DNA of 63,763 bases, filler included, from Craspedostauros australis (Eukaryota): NCBI GenBank assembly GCA_030167865.1. It is 17 parts of 17 records of this genome, joined end to end, with 100 filler letters (N's around TTAATTAATTAA, not from the genome) between each part and the next. Parts side by side here need not be neighbours in the genome. Positions count along the whole stretch, not along the records: positions 35,247 to 44,961 come from JALAGF010000983.1; positions 45,062 to 62,494 come from JALAGF010000984.1; 15 more parts are not named here. One strand, written 5' to 3'. The notes under the pieces are model-generated. The model saw only the letters and a program-made list of their open reading frames with translations. It had not been told where the DNA came from and searched no databases. The position numbers and the translations under genes are program-made. Below, piece by piece: positions 38,981 through 50,998 of this stretch (the first letter of the stretch is position 1; each line of letters starts with the position of its first letter).

Positions 38981-39049
38981 GGTCATCCTGTGTGTCCATT
39001 GCGACCTGCGCAGCTTCCTTCACATTGTCACAAGGTGGTTCGTCAATAC
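38981..39049 (+). repeat. 69-bp dispersed repeat, copy 2
   Basis: Matches 27596-27664. Confidence 0.85.
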
Positions 39050-39724
39050 AACCCCGTTCATTCTGTCCTCCTTCCGCCGTTTGGGCCTTGTTCTCGATTC
39101 TCAAATTTCCGGAGCGTGACTCTGCCTCGTGCTCACACAGAATCGTTTGTGAGCACGAAACTGTTCTGGTGAGTTGCGAGTGATGGGATGTAATGTGATG
39201 CGGTACGATGTGCCACAAGCCGTCCGCCAGGATGGTGGGCACGGTCCTTGTTCCTCTTCCTCCTGTCTGTTATGTCAGTGGGGGAGCAAGGTGGATGCAC
39301 AGGCTACAAGCACGAGAAGCGCACGATGCAAGTGGCGCAGCGTTGAATTGGATGCTGCGAATTGCTGATGCCGGACAGCACCCTCGCCACAGTCCTGTAC
39401 GCAGTGGCAACCCCAACCCACACATCTCTAACCCAGATCTTGTCCCTCTGGCCCCCTAACCCCAGTCCTAACCCTAAGCAACCTTATGACTCTGTCTGAT
39501 CAATGTCATCCGCACACAGTTACCTCCTCCATCACCCCGGTGTTGCCCTTGCCGGTAACTGTTGCCTTCTCCCCATCACTTCGTTTTTTGCTTTCTGACG
39601 TGTTCTTGTCTTATCTGAGGTGGTTGTGCACTGTTTCGATCCATTTCAACGGTCGCCGTTCCAACGTTTTTTCGATTTCACAATTTCTACAGTTTGTTTC
39701 ATCGAAGGTATCCTCCAGAACGTC

Positions 39725-40609
39725 TGTCAGGAATCGGGTGTTGTGAAACACCAAGTTGCCGCACCTCCCAAGAATGTGGAGTTGAGCATTGTGGAATGAT
39801 ATATTACCGCACCTCCCAATAAGTCAAGAGTGAGGAGTCGAATGTCATGAAATGCTACATTACCGCAACGCCCACCTTTGGTCATTGTGACACAGAAAAT
39901 TTTGAGCTGCACGTGTTTCGTAATGGAGAACGACACGTGCCGAATGCGAACCAGACTATGGTGTCCATGACCTCAATGCAGGAATACCAATCACACATGT
40001 ATGTTGCAGGGGGCAGAGATGTTGGAATCATGACCAACATCACGATACGAGCAACTACGGCCCCCATGTTGCAACCAATGAAAAAGAGTACTGAAGGAAG
40101 GCCGATGTCACGAAGTTTGAGATGGCCTGTGAACGAACCTGAGATGAGGAACATCCAGGAAGCCAGTGAAGTGATCGGCGAAGAAACCAGCAGAAACAAC
40201 AGGAGAAGCATCGGAGATGATCAGTGATGATCGGAGATGTGAGATGGTCAAGGAGCTGAATGAGCTCCCAACCAAGGTGTTCCTGTGACGAATGGGAGAC
40301 TGTGATCTGATTGAATGAACCAATCTGTGTGATGCCTATGACTCGGCAATGTCTAAGGCATCGAAACTATCAGTGGAGGACCATGTGCTTGTGTGCACGA
40401 ACATGGGGTACTCAGTGGTGCATGCATGTCCATGATGAATTTGCGATGAACGCAAGATGGATGCCTGCTAGATCAACAGAGGGACCCATGGTGATCTCAG
40501 GAGGAGATCGAACTTTGAGATTGAGAGCAATGAAGAGCTCACAGTTCAGAGAAGTAGATTCTAACAAACGTTTAGTTCTCTACTATCACACCACCCTGGA
40601 TTTCCAACA
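39725..40609 (-). mobile_element. Solo-LTR-like family A, copy 2 (885 bp)
   Basis: Same termini (TGTTGGAAATCCAGGG ... CGATTCCTGACA) and internal motifs as 3604-4406. Confidence 0.7.
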
Positions 40610-40648
40610 CGTACATCTTGACATACACTCACATGTACATCTTGACAA

Positions 40649-41103
40649 ACGTGCTTTGTTGATGCTGATCATGCAGGTGACCGCGTCACGCGACGTTCAC
40701 GCACTGGTGTGCTCTTGTTTTTGAATACGTCACCAATACTGTGGTACGCAAGAAACAGAACAGCATTGAGACATCCACATTCGGCAGCGAGTTCATGGCG
40801 CTCAAGATAGTAACCGAGATCATCATTGGAATGAGATACAAGCTTTGCATGATGGGTATCCTGCTGGATGGACCCACGGACGTACGTGTTCACAATCAAA
40901 GTGTGGTGTACAACTCATCATTACCAGAATCACAACTATGGAAGAAAGCCAATGCCATCGCCTATCACTTCGTAAGAGAAAGCATCGCTGCGGGTACCCT
41001 GGTAGTCCAACATGAACCATCAGAGACCAATCTATCCGACATGCTCACGAAGCCACAACAAGGACCGAGACAAAAAGAACAAGCACAACGGGTCCTCTTT
41101 TGA
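40649..41103 (+). pseudogene. Ty1/copia RNase H domain, frameshifted relic
   Basis: FVDADHAGDRVTRRSRTG, 1-nt loss after WY, KKQNSIETSTFGSEF, AIAYHFVRE, NLSDMLTK. Confidence 0.9.
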
Positions 41104-41288
41104 CCTCGGCGCTGCGCAATAGCACCCAAGGGTGGTCAACCATGAGCTCTGTTCATGGTTGATGGGGTGAGTACCCTGTGGTGTCCATACATGGGGCATG
41201 CAGCAGGTACATCCCGAATACAACCAAAATGTGACGATACGACGGCCAGCAGAGCCACCGCGGATCGAGGGGACCAAACCGGGATATG

Positions 41289-41435
41289 TGTGAAACCGTT
41301 GAGCAAGCGTTACACGGTAAACACGTGCACCAATCACGAACGACACAACATCAAAGCAGTTGCACAGACTCGTACGACATCGATAAGACTCATAATCTGC
41401 ATCTTTACCTCTTTTCATCTTAATTTGGTTTCACG
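41289..41435 (+). mobile_element. Possible short 3' LTR of the copia relic
   Basis: TGTGAAACC...GGTTTCAC(G) inverted ends, preceded by purine-rich GAGGGGA; no second copy available to confirm. Confidence 0.35.
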
Positions 41436-42008
41436 TGTGTAATAACTTGGTACGACCTATTATATTATAGTTTATGATGCAATGCAGGTGCAGATAAGCA
41501 CTTGTCATCTTCGACGCTCGTTCGTCGACGTCCCAATCAGAGTTGCTCTTCCGTTTGCTCTCCGTCATTGACGAATGAGAGGAGGAATGTTGAGGACGAA
41601 TGTTGAGGACGACCGTCGCCAGATGCAAACCCACAAGAACACTTGACCAGCATGGGCACACGGACACATGGGTGCTTGGGCGCATGGCTGACTTGATTTC
41701 CAAAGAGGAAGAGACGGCTGGCAGTAGAAGGTATGATTGGTCCATGGCAATGTTGTTGGCAATGCATCTTGCGGCTGACCACCTCGTGCCATGATTTACG
41801 TACAAGTACTACGAATATGTGAGTGGAAAGGGAGCACCTGGACAGTGGGGGTATGGTAGGGCGAAGCGCAAAGCGTGACAAGTCGGGGAAAGGCGCCCAA
41901 AGAAGATAAGGAAGGAGAGGAAAATGTATGAGTAGGACATGGTGGGGTAGTAGAGATGAAAGGCGGATGTTGTCTACAACCATGCTGGTGCGATTATGTA
42001 TTCATTTA

Positions 42009-42042
42009 TGGTATGGTATGGTATGGTATGGTATGGTATGGT
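42009..42042. repeat. (TGGTA)n microsatellite
   Basis: Tandem 5-mers. Confidence 0.9.
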
Positions 42043-43006
42043 ACAGATACGAATAAGAGTGCGTCTGGTTCCAAGGAGACGAGTGCGACGGTACAACTGC
42101 AAACAGGGGTGGAATGGGGAAGCGTGTTACAAAGTGATGTGAGTCCTCACGTCAAAACGTATAGATATTTTGATTCGATGCCGCTGATTGTCCCGGTCTT
42201 TGACCGAGGACATCAAACAATAGCTTATATTATACAGAGAAGATTAGCATGGTCTCTGAGCAAGAATGACACGCATAATCGAAGAGAAGCAAACCTTTTT
42301 TTTGCACCCCGACCCGATTCCCAACAGCGCGACCTCACTCAGCGGGGTCTCACGAGTACATGAACTGTTCCAACGTACATCTGCATCATAGAATATAATG
42401 GATCGTACTCATCCCAACCAACCCAGCTGGGTACAACACACTGCACAACACCGACACGAAGATCATTCTATGGTATTATGTACGAGCAAGGTGCAATTGA
42501 GTACTTTTTCGTCTCTTGCCTCCCACCACCTCGTGCGAATACTCGACAGCATTGCCACACTTTTGGCGGTGTGTGCCGTGCCGGTACGAATATAGTTGCG
42601 GTATATTCTATTATATGTTCGTGCTTTGGCTGGTACAAACTGAAACTCAAACATTGCCATCCAGCATTGCCATCCACAGTCCCCAATCACACTGTTGTGT
42701 ACGCTGCCCTGCACATTGCCATGTGCCAATGATGCTGCTCTGCAGGTCCGTTTCGTCTCGCTCCTCTCTGTCAACCATCGGTCACTTGCTTCCATAGTTC
42801 ACACCGTTCTCTCCGCACCCACTCCATCTTTCCACATCATTCTCGTGCCATCCGTACTAGAGTACCACAACTAGTATGAAGAACTGGCAGGCAATTCTCG
42901 GAGAGTACCTACATGTGCATCTGCATCTGCATCTGCACCTGCGCCCATACCTTCTTCCATCTTTTGCTCATTGCCCACAATGCGTACAAACTGCCACAAT
43001 ATGCTC

Positions 43007-44961
43007 CTACTTGGCATCCCGCCAAGCGTTCGGCACCATCTTGTCCGGCAACTGCATCGGAAATCGAAATGGCACCTCCCCAACCTCCTTTTCGACGAAC
43101 CGGACGTAGTCGCGAGGGACCCCACCCAACGATCGGAACGTATCCTTCACCATCATGCGCACGGCATACACGGTCACTTGGGGGTGCTCCGGATGCTGAT
43201 AGCGCTCCAGGATCTGACAGTCGTACCCAATCGACGACTTCTTCCACAGATCCTTGTTGACGAACTGCATCGGGCTGTCCAGGATGTTGCTGTGACATTG
43301 CAGGCCCAGGTTGATGGGATATGGCAGAGTCTGCTGTTCTGCTTCGGTGAGGAGGACGGGCTGGTGGTTGTACTTCTCGACTGACACAGCCAACGGCTGC
43401 AGCTGCTGCCTGGAGTGTCCTTTGTACGCCTGATCCCACGCCTTGCCGTAGTCGATGACGACTTCTTCATCCTTCTTGATGTCGCGGATTGCGACGTAGT
43501 CCATCGACAGGGTGATATTCCGATGATCTGCCAGCCGCAGTGGACTCTGTGTGAAGGACCAGTCCAGCTGGGAGAGCTCGTGGTTGGGAGTCCAGCGTAT
43601 GGCCACGTTCGGTCGTCTGCGGCTGTGGTTGATGTAGGATACGGCGATGCCGTACGGACACAGGAGGATGGTGCTCGACACATGTCCGAAGCAGTAGTTC
43701 ATGAGGAGGGAGTATTCGTGACGGGTCGACTTGGATGGTCTGTAGTCCTTCACGAACGAATCCCACACTTGCCCGTAGCTGTCCATCCGCTCCTTGGTGG
43801 TGACGATGAGCGGGGAACCGGTGATGACGGTGCCTCTGCTGATGGCCATGTTGGCCAACGCACCGAGGTTGTGGACCTTCGATGGTCCCTGACGGATCAT
43901 GTCCAAGCAACGCGAGTTGTCACCATACATCAGCTCTTCGACACTTCGGACCGCGTAGGGCTGATGCAGCGATCGGACGCCGTTCGTGACGACATCATGC
44001 ACGTATTCGTACTTGTGGGGGAAGGCCTGGAGGGTGTGGGATCGGAACGGGAAGCGACGGATGATCTTCCACAGATCTCTGGCGTGCGTTGCGTTGGTAG
44101 GTGCGAGCGAGTGGAATCGCTTCGTGAGCTCCTCCGCCTGCTTGAAATCGGACCGCATGGGACGTCCCTTGTATCGATCCCGTCCCTCGAACCAATGATC
44201 GCCGTAGAATGTGAACAGCTCTCCACCGGGTGGCACATGCTCCTCAGCCATCGACTGTAGATAGTGGTACTTGGTGGCATCCATCTCTTGCGGAAAGACG
44301 TTGGCGGCCGGTTCTATCTGCCCGATGTTGAGCAAGGGCAGGTGGCTGTTCATGAGGGACAGAAAGCCCGGTGCGAAGGCATCCATGCTCCCCCTGTAGA
44401 TGCGCCCATGCCAGGCGTAGTCCTCGATGGGATTGCGAATGGAGGATGCGATCTTTGGCACGGGGATGACCATGTCAGCGTATCCGATGGTGTCATCCTG
44501 TTCGAGCTCGATGCCTGTGAAGATCCCAAGTCCGGCGTTGGGGATGGTCGATGGCGCGACGAAGAGACGACACTGTTCCTTGAAGCTGTTCCGTGATGTT
44601 CTTTTGAATGTGGTGGTTGGCTTGGTGGGTGTGTCCATGTTGCTCATATAATCGAGAGCATGATCATCATCTTCATCCGTCTCATCATCATCATCATCAA
44701 TGACTTCGTATGGCTGTGCAGGTGGTGCATCATCATCATCACCATCATGTCCATCTCTTTGCTTCCATTCTTTGTGTGTACTTGTACTTGTACTTGTACT
44801 CGTACTCGTACTTGTGTGTTTGCTTGTCTGCCTGAATCTCCGCCTCCTCCTGTGTTTGCGTGCTGTCAATCCTCCCGATTCTGTTGCCTGCACCAACAAT
44901 GGACCTATCGATGCACCTATCGATGCACCTATCGATGCACCTATCGATGCACCTATCGATG
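43007..44961 (-). CDS. Tandem SET-domain protein (diatom-type), 5' end in gap
   Basis: SET-like 1: APSTIPNAGLGIFTG..LMNSH..GELFTFYG; SET-like 2: GPSKVHNLGALA..YINHS..PNV..AIRDIKKDEEVVIDYG; C-terminal PFRFPMQLPD. Confidence 0.85.
44903..44961. repeat. 12-bp tandem repeat ACCTATCGATGC, about five copies, in frame (ASIG)n in the SET gene
   Basis: Perfect tandem copies ending at the contig edge. Confidence 0.9.
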
Positions 44962-45061
44962 NNNNNNNNNNNNNNNNNNNNNNNNNNNNNNNNNNNNNNN
45001 NNNNNTTAATTAATTAANNNNNNNNNNNNNNNNNNNNNNNNNNNNNNNNNNNNNNNNNNNN

Positions 45062-45302
45062 TGCATCAGTGCAGGGTCTCGCCAAGTTGTGTGGCATCGT
45101 TTCTTCACCCTACTAACACCAATAAGCTAACTCATAATAACGGACAAGGATTAGCTACAAAGCACTCTACTTCTCATCGTTACAAGTTATAACTATTCAA
45201 ACAGCACACCTCTCTTGAACTGCATCACACGGCTATCCCGAAGCCGGCAGATTCACGAGGCATTCTCCACCGATTCGCGACGCCTACGCACGAATCCTAA
45301 CT
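45062..45302 (-). mobile_element. YR-retroelement terminal repeat (241 bp), second identical copy
   Basis: Identical to 35247-35487 with a different flank. Confidence 0.8.
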
Positions 45303-47277
45303 ATGCGCGTGCTCTTGCGAACCTCCCTTGCTGCGCGTATAGACACACGACTTGTCCACACACCCACAAGAGAAACAGCCTCGCAAACACCCAAACAGAT
45401 TGACGCCTCCGCCCGGTTGTGACTCCCCTCTGCGGATGCGGGCGAGAGGGCTACGGACCCCAACAGCTCGAGTCGGTGCTCTGTCTGCTTTGTCAACGGG
45501 GCCTTCGCCCATCTCTGTTGCTATCACGACATCAACAAACTGGTCGTGCGGGATCTGGTTGACACTGCAACAAGGAGTACAAACTTAACACAGTTCGGAG
45601 AGGTCATATCATCTTTCGCCTGCCGCTTGTGCAGGAAACGTCCAGCATCAACGAGGCTGGCATGACAAAACAGAAAATGCTCCAGTAGTCTCTCGAGTGC
45701 GTATTCATCCCAACTGGCAGCAGGCACTCGACTTCCACACGTACGAGCTACCCAACAGAAGTACGCACAGCAACGTCAGAGACACACCAGCTGAAAAGTC
45801 ACACAGATGGGGTTCCGGGAGATCTCTCCTCGTTCACAAGCACCTCATCTCGATGCGTCATGTGGTGATTTCCCCTCCCGAATCAACTACGCTTTTCTTG
45901 GGCCCGCTTGGGAGGATAAGATGTCGTGGCGACGCTCCAACAGCAGCAACGCTCCAGTCCGAGGGAGTTGCTTGGCCCTCGCTTCCAATTCCGTGACAGC
46001 CCCGCTTTCGATTTCGTGCGCACTTGTAGTCGCCATCGCGTATCTATCTCTTGCGCTCCAGTGCAGGCGCTCTCTGTGAGTACAAGCATTCGCACCCAGC
46101 GAACGCTGCATCCTTGACTGAAGATGGGAGGGGCATGTCCTCCGCGCACTGATTGCCGCCAACACCTGCTATTCCTGCCCTGACCGCACGAGGAGGTACT
46201 ACTGTTCGTCCCAACACGCTTTGGCGCACGATAGATTGTCCCCGTCTATGGACCTGCTTGCACGGCGACGCGATGCACTGGACCAACGGAATGATCGCCA
46301 ACAGAATGTCGATCCCGATCCATCACAGCGTTTTCACCGCCTCTGTTTGCGAACCGAGGGCAATGTTGTTCCTTCCGTCCTTTCGCGCCGTCATCTTTGC
46401 ACCTTCAATCAGCACCTCCGCCGCACGCAAGCGCTGACTCGTACCTGGCGGCTTGGAGGTGTGAGTCATGGCGCCTCCAGACAGGCCCACCCACGCACGG
46501 ATTTGTCTTTTCGGTAATCGGTCTCGTGTTGTGTCAACGTTTTGTGTCAACGTGTTGGCGTCGAAAATTGTCACCTCTTTTCCATTCATTTTTGTTGCAA
46601 TGAACAGTGTTCTGTCCCGAGTCGTTATCTCCGAAACGTGATTCTGCTCGACAGACGTCACAAACACGAATTGTAAATAACCTGTGGCTGCCAGACACGC
46701 ATTTGGACAGGCTCACATAGTTCTCATGAGACCACAAATTGAACCCAACACGATTGTTTGTAACGACGGAGAATTGTCATCGGGGCCTCACAATTTGGCA
46801 ATCCGATTGACAAAACCGCGAGATGCAAAAAGCTGTGGACTATCTTCACGGGACAAGCACATCATGCACTCATCTGTTCTCAGGAAATCCAATGATGGGA
46901 GCGAGATGTTTGCTCTGTGGGGTGTGAGTATGGGTGGTGCCGTTCTCCAATCGCGGAAAAATGCGCCAACACAAACATCGCGAAGACGAGCAACGATTAT
47001 CGATGATGGTTCATGGAACACAGAGAACATGCGTGTGTACGGGAAAAGATGATGGATCTTCGTGGACGTGCTGCCGCTGTGTCTTCCTCACAGCATCGCG
47101 TCCATCAGCACCTCATTTACGAGCATGCCACAGCAGCGATGATACCACTGGCAGTTCCTCATCTCATTCTCATCACAAAATTGAATCCACTCAGACTCAA
47201 AAGCAGCACATCCAACACACCCAACCACAGCACACCACCGCAAAATACACCAACATCAATACCAACACAATCTCACA

Positions 47278-47649
47278 ATGCCAGTCGAAGCCGTCATCAC
47301 AAGAGCACTTGAAGTCCGCTTCATCGACGCTCGCATGCTAGCGACGGAGGCCAAGTCGAACCTCGGCATCCAGGCATACCCAACCAAGGAGCAGGAGCAA
47401 ATGATCCTGAAGGAGGCCATTCACATCTTCGTGTCAAGGCCACTGTCAACACAGAGAGAGATGAAGAGACAAAACGAAATCCTTGAGGCAGCTACACACA
47501 AGTGCTACAGCCTGGACCACTCAATACACAAGAAGAAGGGCGACGACCACAGCTCGAGCTCAGGAACGAACGCAACAGACGCCACGACGCTGGGCGAAAC
47601 ACCGGAAGACATGAAGATGGTCCAGGCGCAGTGCTGCGTGATTCTGTGA
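47278..47649 (+). CDS. 123-aa protein with C-terminal CCVIL prenylation (CaaX) motif
   Basis: Complete ATG-to-stop ORF after a CA-rich leader; coding-like composition; ends AQCCVIL*. Confidence 0.7.
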   Translation: MPVEAVITRALEVRFIDARMLATEAKSNLGIQAYPTKEQEQMILKEAIHIFVSRPLSTQREMKRQNEILEAATHKCYSLDHSIHKKKGDDHSSSSGTNATDATTLGETPEDMKMVQAQCCVIL

Positions 47650-50600
47650 GGCTACTAGAACACCTTCCACTCCTTCTCTCTTCGTCCACCGTCCACGTCG
47701 ATCACGTCGATGACCACTAACATCAATCCATCGGCCAGCCGGGGACGAATCATTATTCCATGCACCGGCTCTTGCATTTTGGCTGCGGGTTGCCAAAATC
47801 AACAATCCTCCCGATCATTCTTTCTTGTCTCGGGATTTTCCTTTGCTTCAAGATCCTTTCGTCTTCGAAGCCAAACATGCCACCATTGGAACATGTAGAA
47901 TACAACACAATAACTGAATTACTAGTGTCGCATTATCAACCATCATCGTCGTCATCATCGTCGTCATGACCAATGCCCAGTACTCTATTTCATTTGCGAA
48001 TCGTAGCAACAGCACCAAGAGAGGTGCCCGACAGCGCCGCGCCAGCATCAATACACAGTACCCACACCAACACGGCTCGAATCTGGACGACCTTCTTTGC
48101 AAACAAGGCGAGGCGAACACAACGACGCTCTTGCCGTCCGCCGCTGTTCTCGCGATCATCTTCCTTCCTGCTCGAGCCGAGATGAGCCTCCCGTCTTTGC
48201 GATGCCCTTGCGCATCAATCCTCCAGACACATGGATGTGCTCACCATGACCAACAAGGGACATCCAATGTCGCGCATTGGGCAACAGAACACGGACAACC
48301 AGGAGAAGGCACTGCTCTGCCAGAGTACGCAACGAGATCCCGACCCACGCGCCCACCCCACCAGGGCATCAAAAGCAGGACTGCGGTCCTACGTACCATA
48401 GTCGTACATGGCAGAAGGATTCGTGCGTGTGGCATCCCTCGAGCTTGGCAATCGCGTGGAGTTTCTCAACTTGCTCAATCCACACCCATCTTCTTTCACA
48501 TCCCAACCACAAAAGATAATTCGTAAGCCCCCTGATGAGCACAAGACGCCTCGAAAGAGGACAACGCGAACTCCCAAACAACTGTCTGCTTCACAACATC
48601 ACCTATGCCGCTTCACGAAAACAAAACCCAAGCCCAAGCCCAAGCCCAAACCCAGCCCCAAGCCAAGGTGTTGCTCGTGGTACGAGCGCAACGTGGACAA
48701 GATGGAAGAGCTCAACTCGCTTTGTTGAGCATCACCGCACACCGTTCCCACCATTTCGCACGGAGAAGAAATCCCAGGCATGGCGCATGGTGACTCTGGG
48801 GCGTGCAAACGACGCAGACGGAAGCCATTGCGAATGCGCAGGGACCACCACCAGCATTCTGAAACCAGAATCCACGACCATGGCTGCTGCGCGAAGGTTG
48901 GTGTCCGTCAGTGACAGGTTGCGGTTCGTCGCTGTGCATCTGCGGGCAACACCTGCAATCTATTCCATCGCGATCTCCCGGCAGATACGGCCGCTGCAAT
49001 GGCTGAGAGAGATGAGAAATATCGGAAACGCATGATGATTCGCATTGGCGCCTTCGTTCCGGCACACAACAAGGAAGGCAACGCGCGAAAGCAGATACCA
49101 GCGGGTCAACTCGTAGGTACTCCCGTGGCTTGTGACACCCGCACAGAAGACCGCCATGCCTTTTCCAATTTTGGGAAACTGCGTGATCCATTCCTGGAAC
49201 TTGACATGGTCGCCCTCGCCCTTCTTTCTGCTATCCGCGCGGAACAGATCGTGGCAGGTGGAGATGCTGAAGGTGGTTGCTCTGATCGCTGAGCGCATCT
49301 TCTTCACCCTTCGCGTTACTTCAGACGCTGGCGGTGCCGAGATTGCCAAACTCACCAGCGCATTGGGAGTATGGTAGAGCGGCTGCGTGAAATAGAGACC
49401 TTCCTTCTGCACCCACAACGAAGAGAACAAGCCTGAGCCACCTCAGAAGTCGTCAGAAACCACGCTCACACTGCGCCAACCGGTGGCGCAACGAGGCACG
49501 GAAGCGCAACTGCTTGCGCCTTCGCGAACGTCGCCGGGTGTCGTTTTCTGGGTGTTTCTGTACTCGAAGCTACTCCCACATCACATCACTTCACTCGTAT
49601 GGTGTCGCTGGCGATCCCAGGACTGGCGCATATAGTACCAGAAACCACAATCTTGTATTGGAAGTCTGGTGCCTGTGTGTCACCCTCGCTCGGGCATGGT
49701 TTGGCATGTATTTGCGAGCGTCCTGACGTGTGTGCAGAGGTGTGCCCACGCCAGTCATGGATCAGCAACTTCGCGAAGAGCAAATCCCATGGGGCGAGGT
49801 GACCATGATGCGTGATGCCATCCAGCAAGATGTCGAATGGTTCCAGTTGCACCCAGCGAAGATGCCGATCCCGCGATCATCTCCTCTGTCGTTGTCACGC
49901 ACTCCTCCGTTGTGCCTTCCCATGTTGTGCGCTCCATCCAAGACTTCGCGAAAGGAGAAAGGCCGCTTATGCGGTAGGGTAGAGTAGAGGTCAGATGTAT
50001 TAGAGAGGACCACGTCATGGTCCAAAGTGGAGGCGAAGGGGCTCCAGCAACCTCAATGTGCTGGTAGGCCGAAGAGAGTATAGTCGAGCAAAGTACTTGT
50101 TTTGATAGAGTAGATCGTGGTCGTAGATATCGCACTCCATGAGTAGAGCACACGTATGTGTCCTCGTATGGTACTCGCTTGTATTGTATAATATGAGTTT
50201 GTTTGAAGGAGATGCTCTCATGCACAGCGCTGGTCGACATGATGATGGACCGATGACAGCCAAGCATAATACCAAACTTGTACGGCGGTGCGAAGTGAGG
50301 TTGAGCCAATCAAGCGATGGAGATGGAGAGCAGAAGCACCACGCTTGTGGGGGGGAATGGTTACCTTGCCACGAGAACAACAACAAGAAGAAACACTCAC
50401 AAAACAAACACAAATTGCTCACCATGTTGCCATTGGCTACGTCCGTTATAGCCGTTATCAAATGAAATTCGAAACATGAGAACAGCACAATCAAACACAT
50501 GCAATAGGGACGCCCTTTTTTCATCTTCCACCATGCACGATTGAACGAAATAGATGTCGTCATATATTTACCTGAATACGTATATTACCGTTGACACAGT

Positions 50601-50704
50601 CGAGACATCAAGTCAATTGCTTCGTCGCGTTTGATTTGGCATGATAACACCACAGCAACAAACACAGACCTAGCGCAAAACGTCAAAACACTCAGTGTCT
50701 TGGT

Positions 50705-50998
50705 GCAGAGCTATACTTGGGTGAGCTATACTACAGGGCCTGCAACGACAGCTGTGCCGAAAAGAACCCCATCGATGGCTGGTACAAGGGCGAGATGGGC
50801 TTCTTTGGCTTCTACATCATGCCGCTGGCGAAGAAGCTGAAGGATTGCAGAGTGTTCGGCAAGTCAAGCGACGAGTACCTGAACTACGCCATGACAAACC
50901 GCAAGGAGTGGGGACGCTGCGGCCAAGACGTCGTCAACGAGATGATCCAGGCCTTCGATGCCGACGAAGAGAAGACGCGTGAGGCCAAGATGACTTGA
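50705..50998 (+). pseudogene. Orphan C-terminal fragment of a cyclic-nucleotide phosphodiesterase domain (cyclase-PDE family)
   Basis: NPIDGWYKGEMGFFGFYIMPLAKKLKDCRVFGKSSDEYLNYAMTNRKEW; no upstream exons recognised. Confidence 0.75.

Noticed and set aside
39410..39485. Telomere-like CCCTAA repeats
   Set aside because: Only two or three degenerate units, internal to the contig
48960..49430. HhH-like motif (QFPKIGKG) suggesting a DNA glycosylase fragment
   Set aside because: Single weak motif, no ATG start and no other family features
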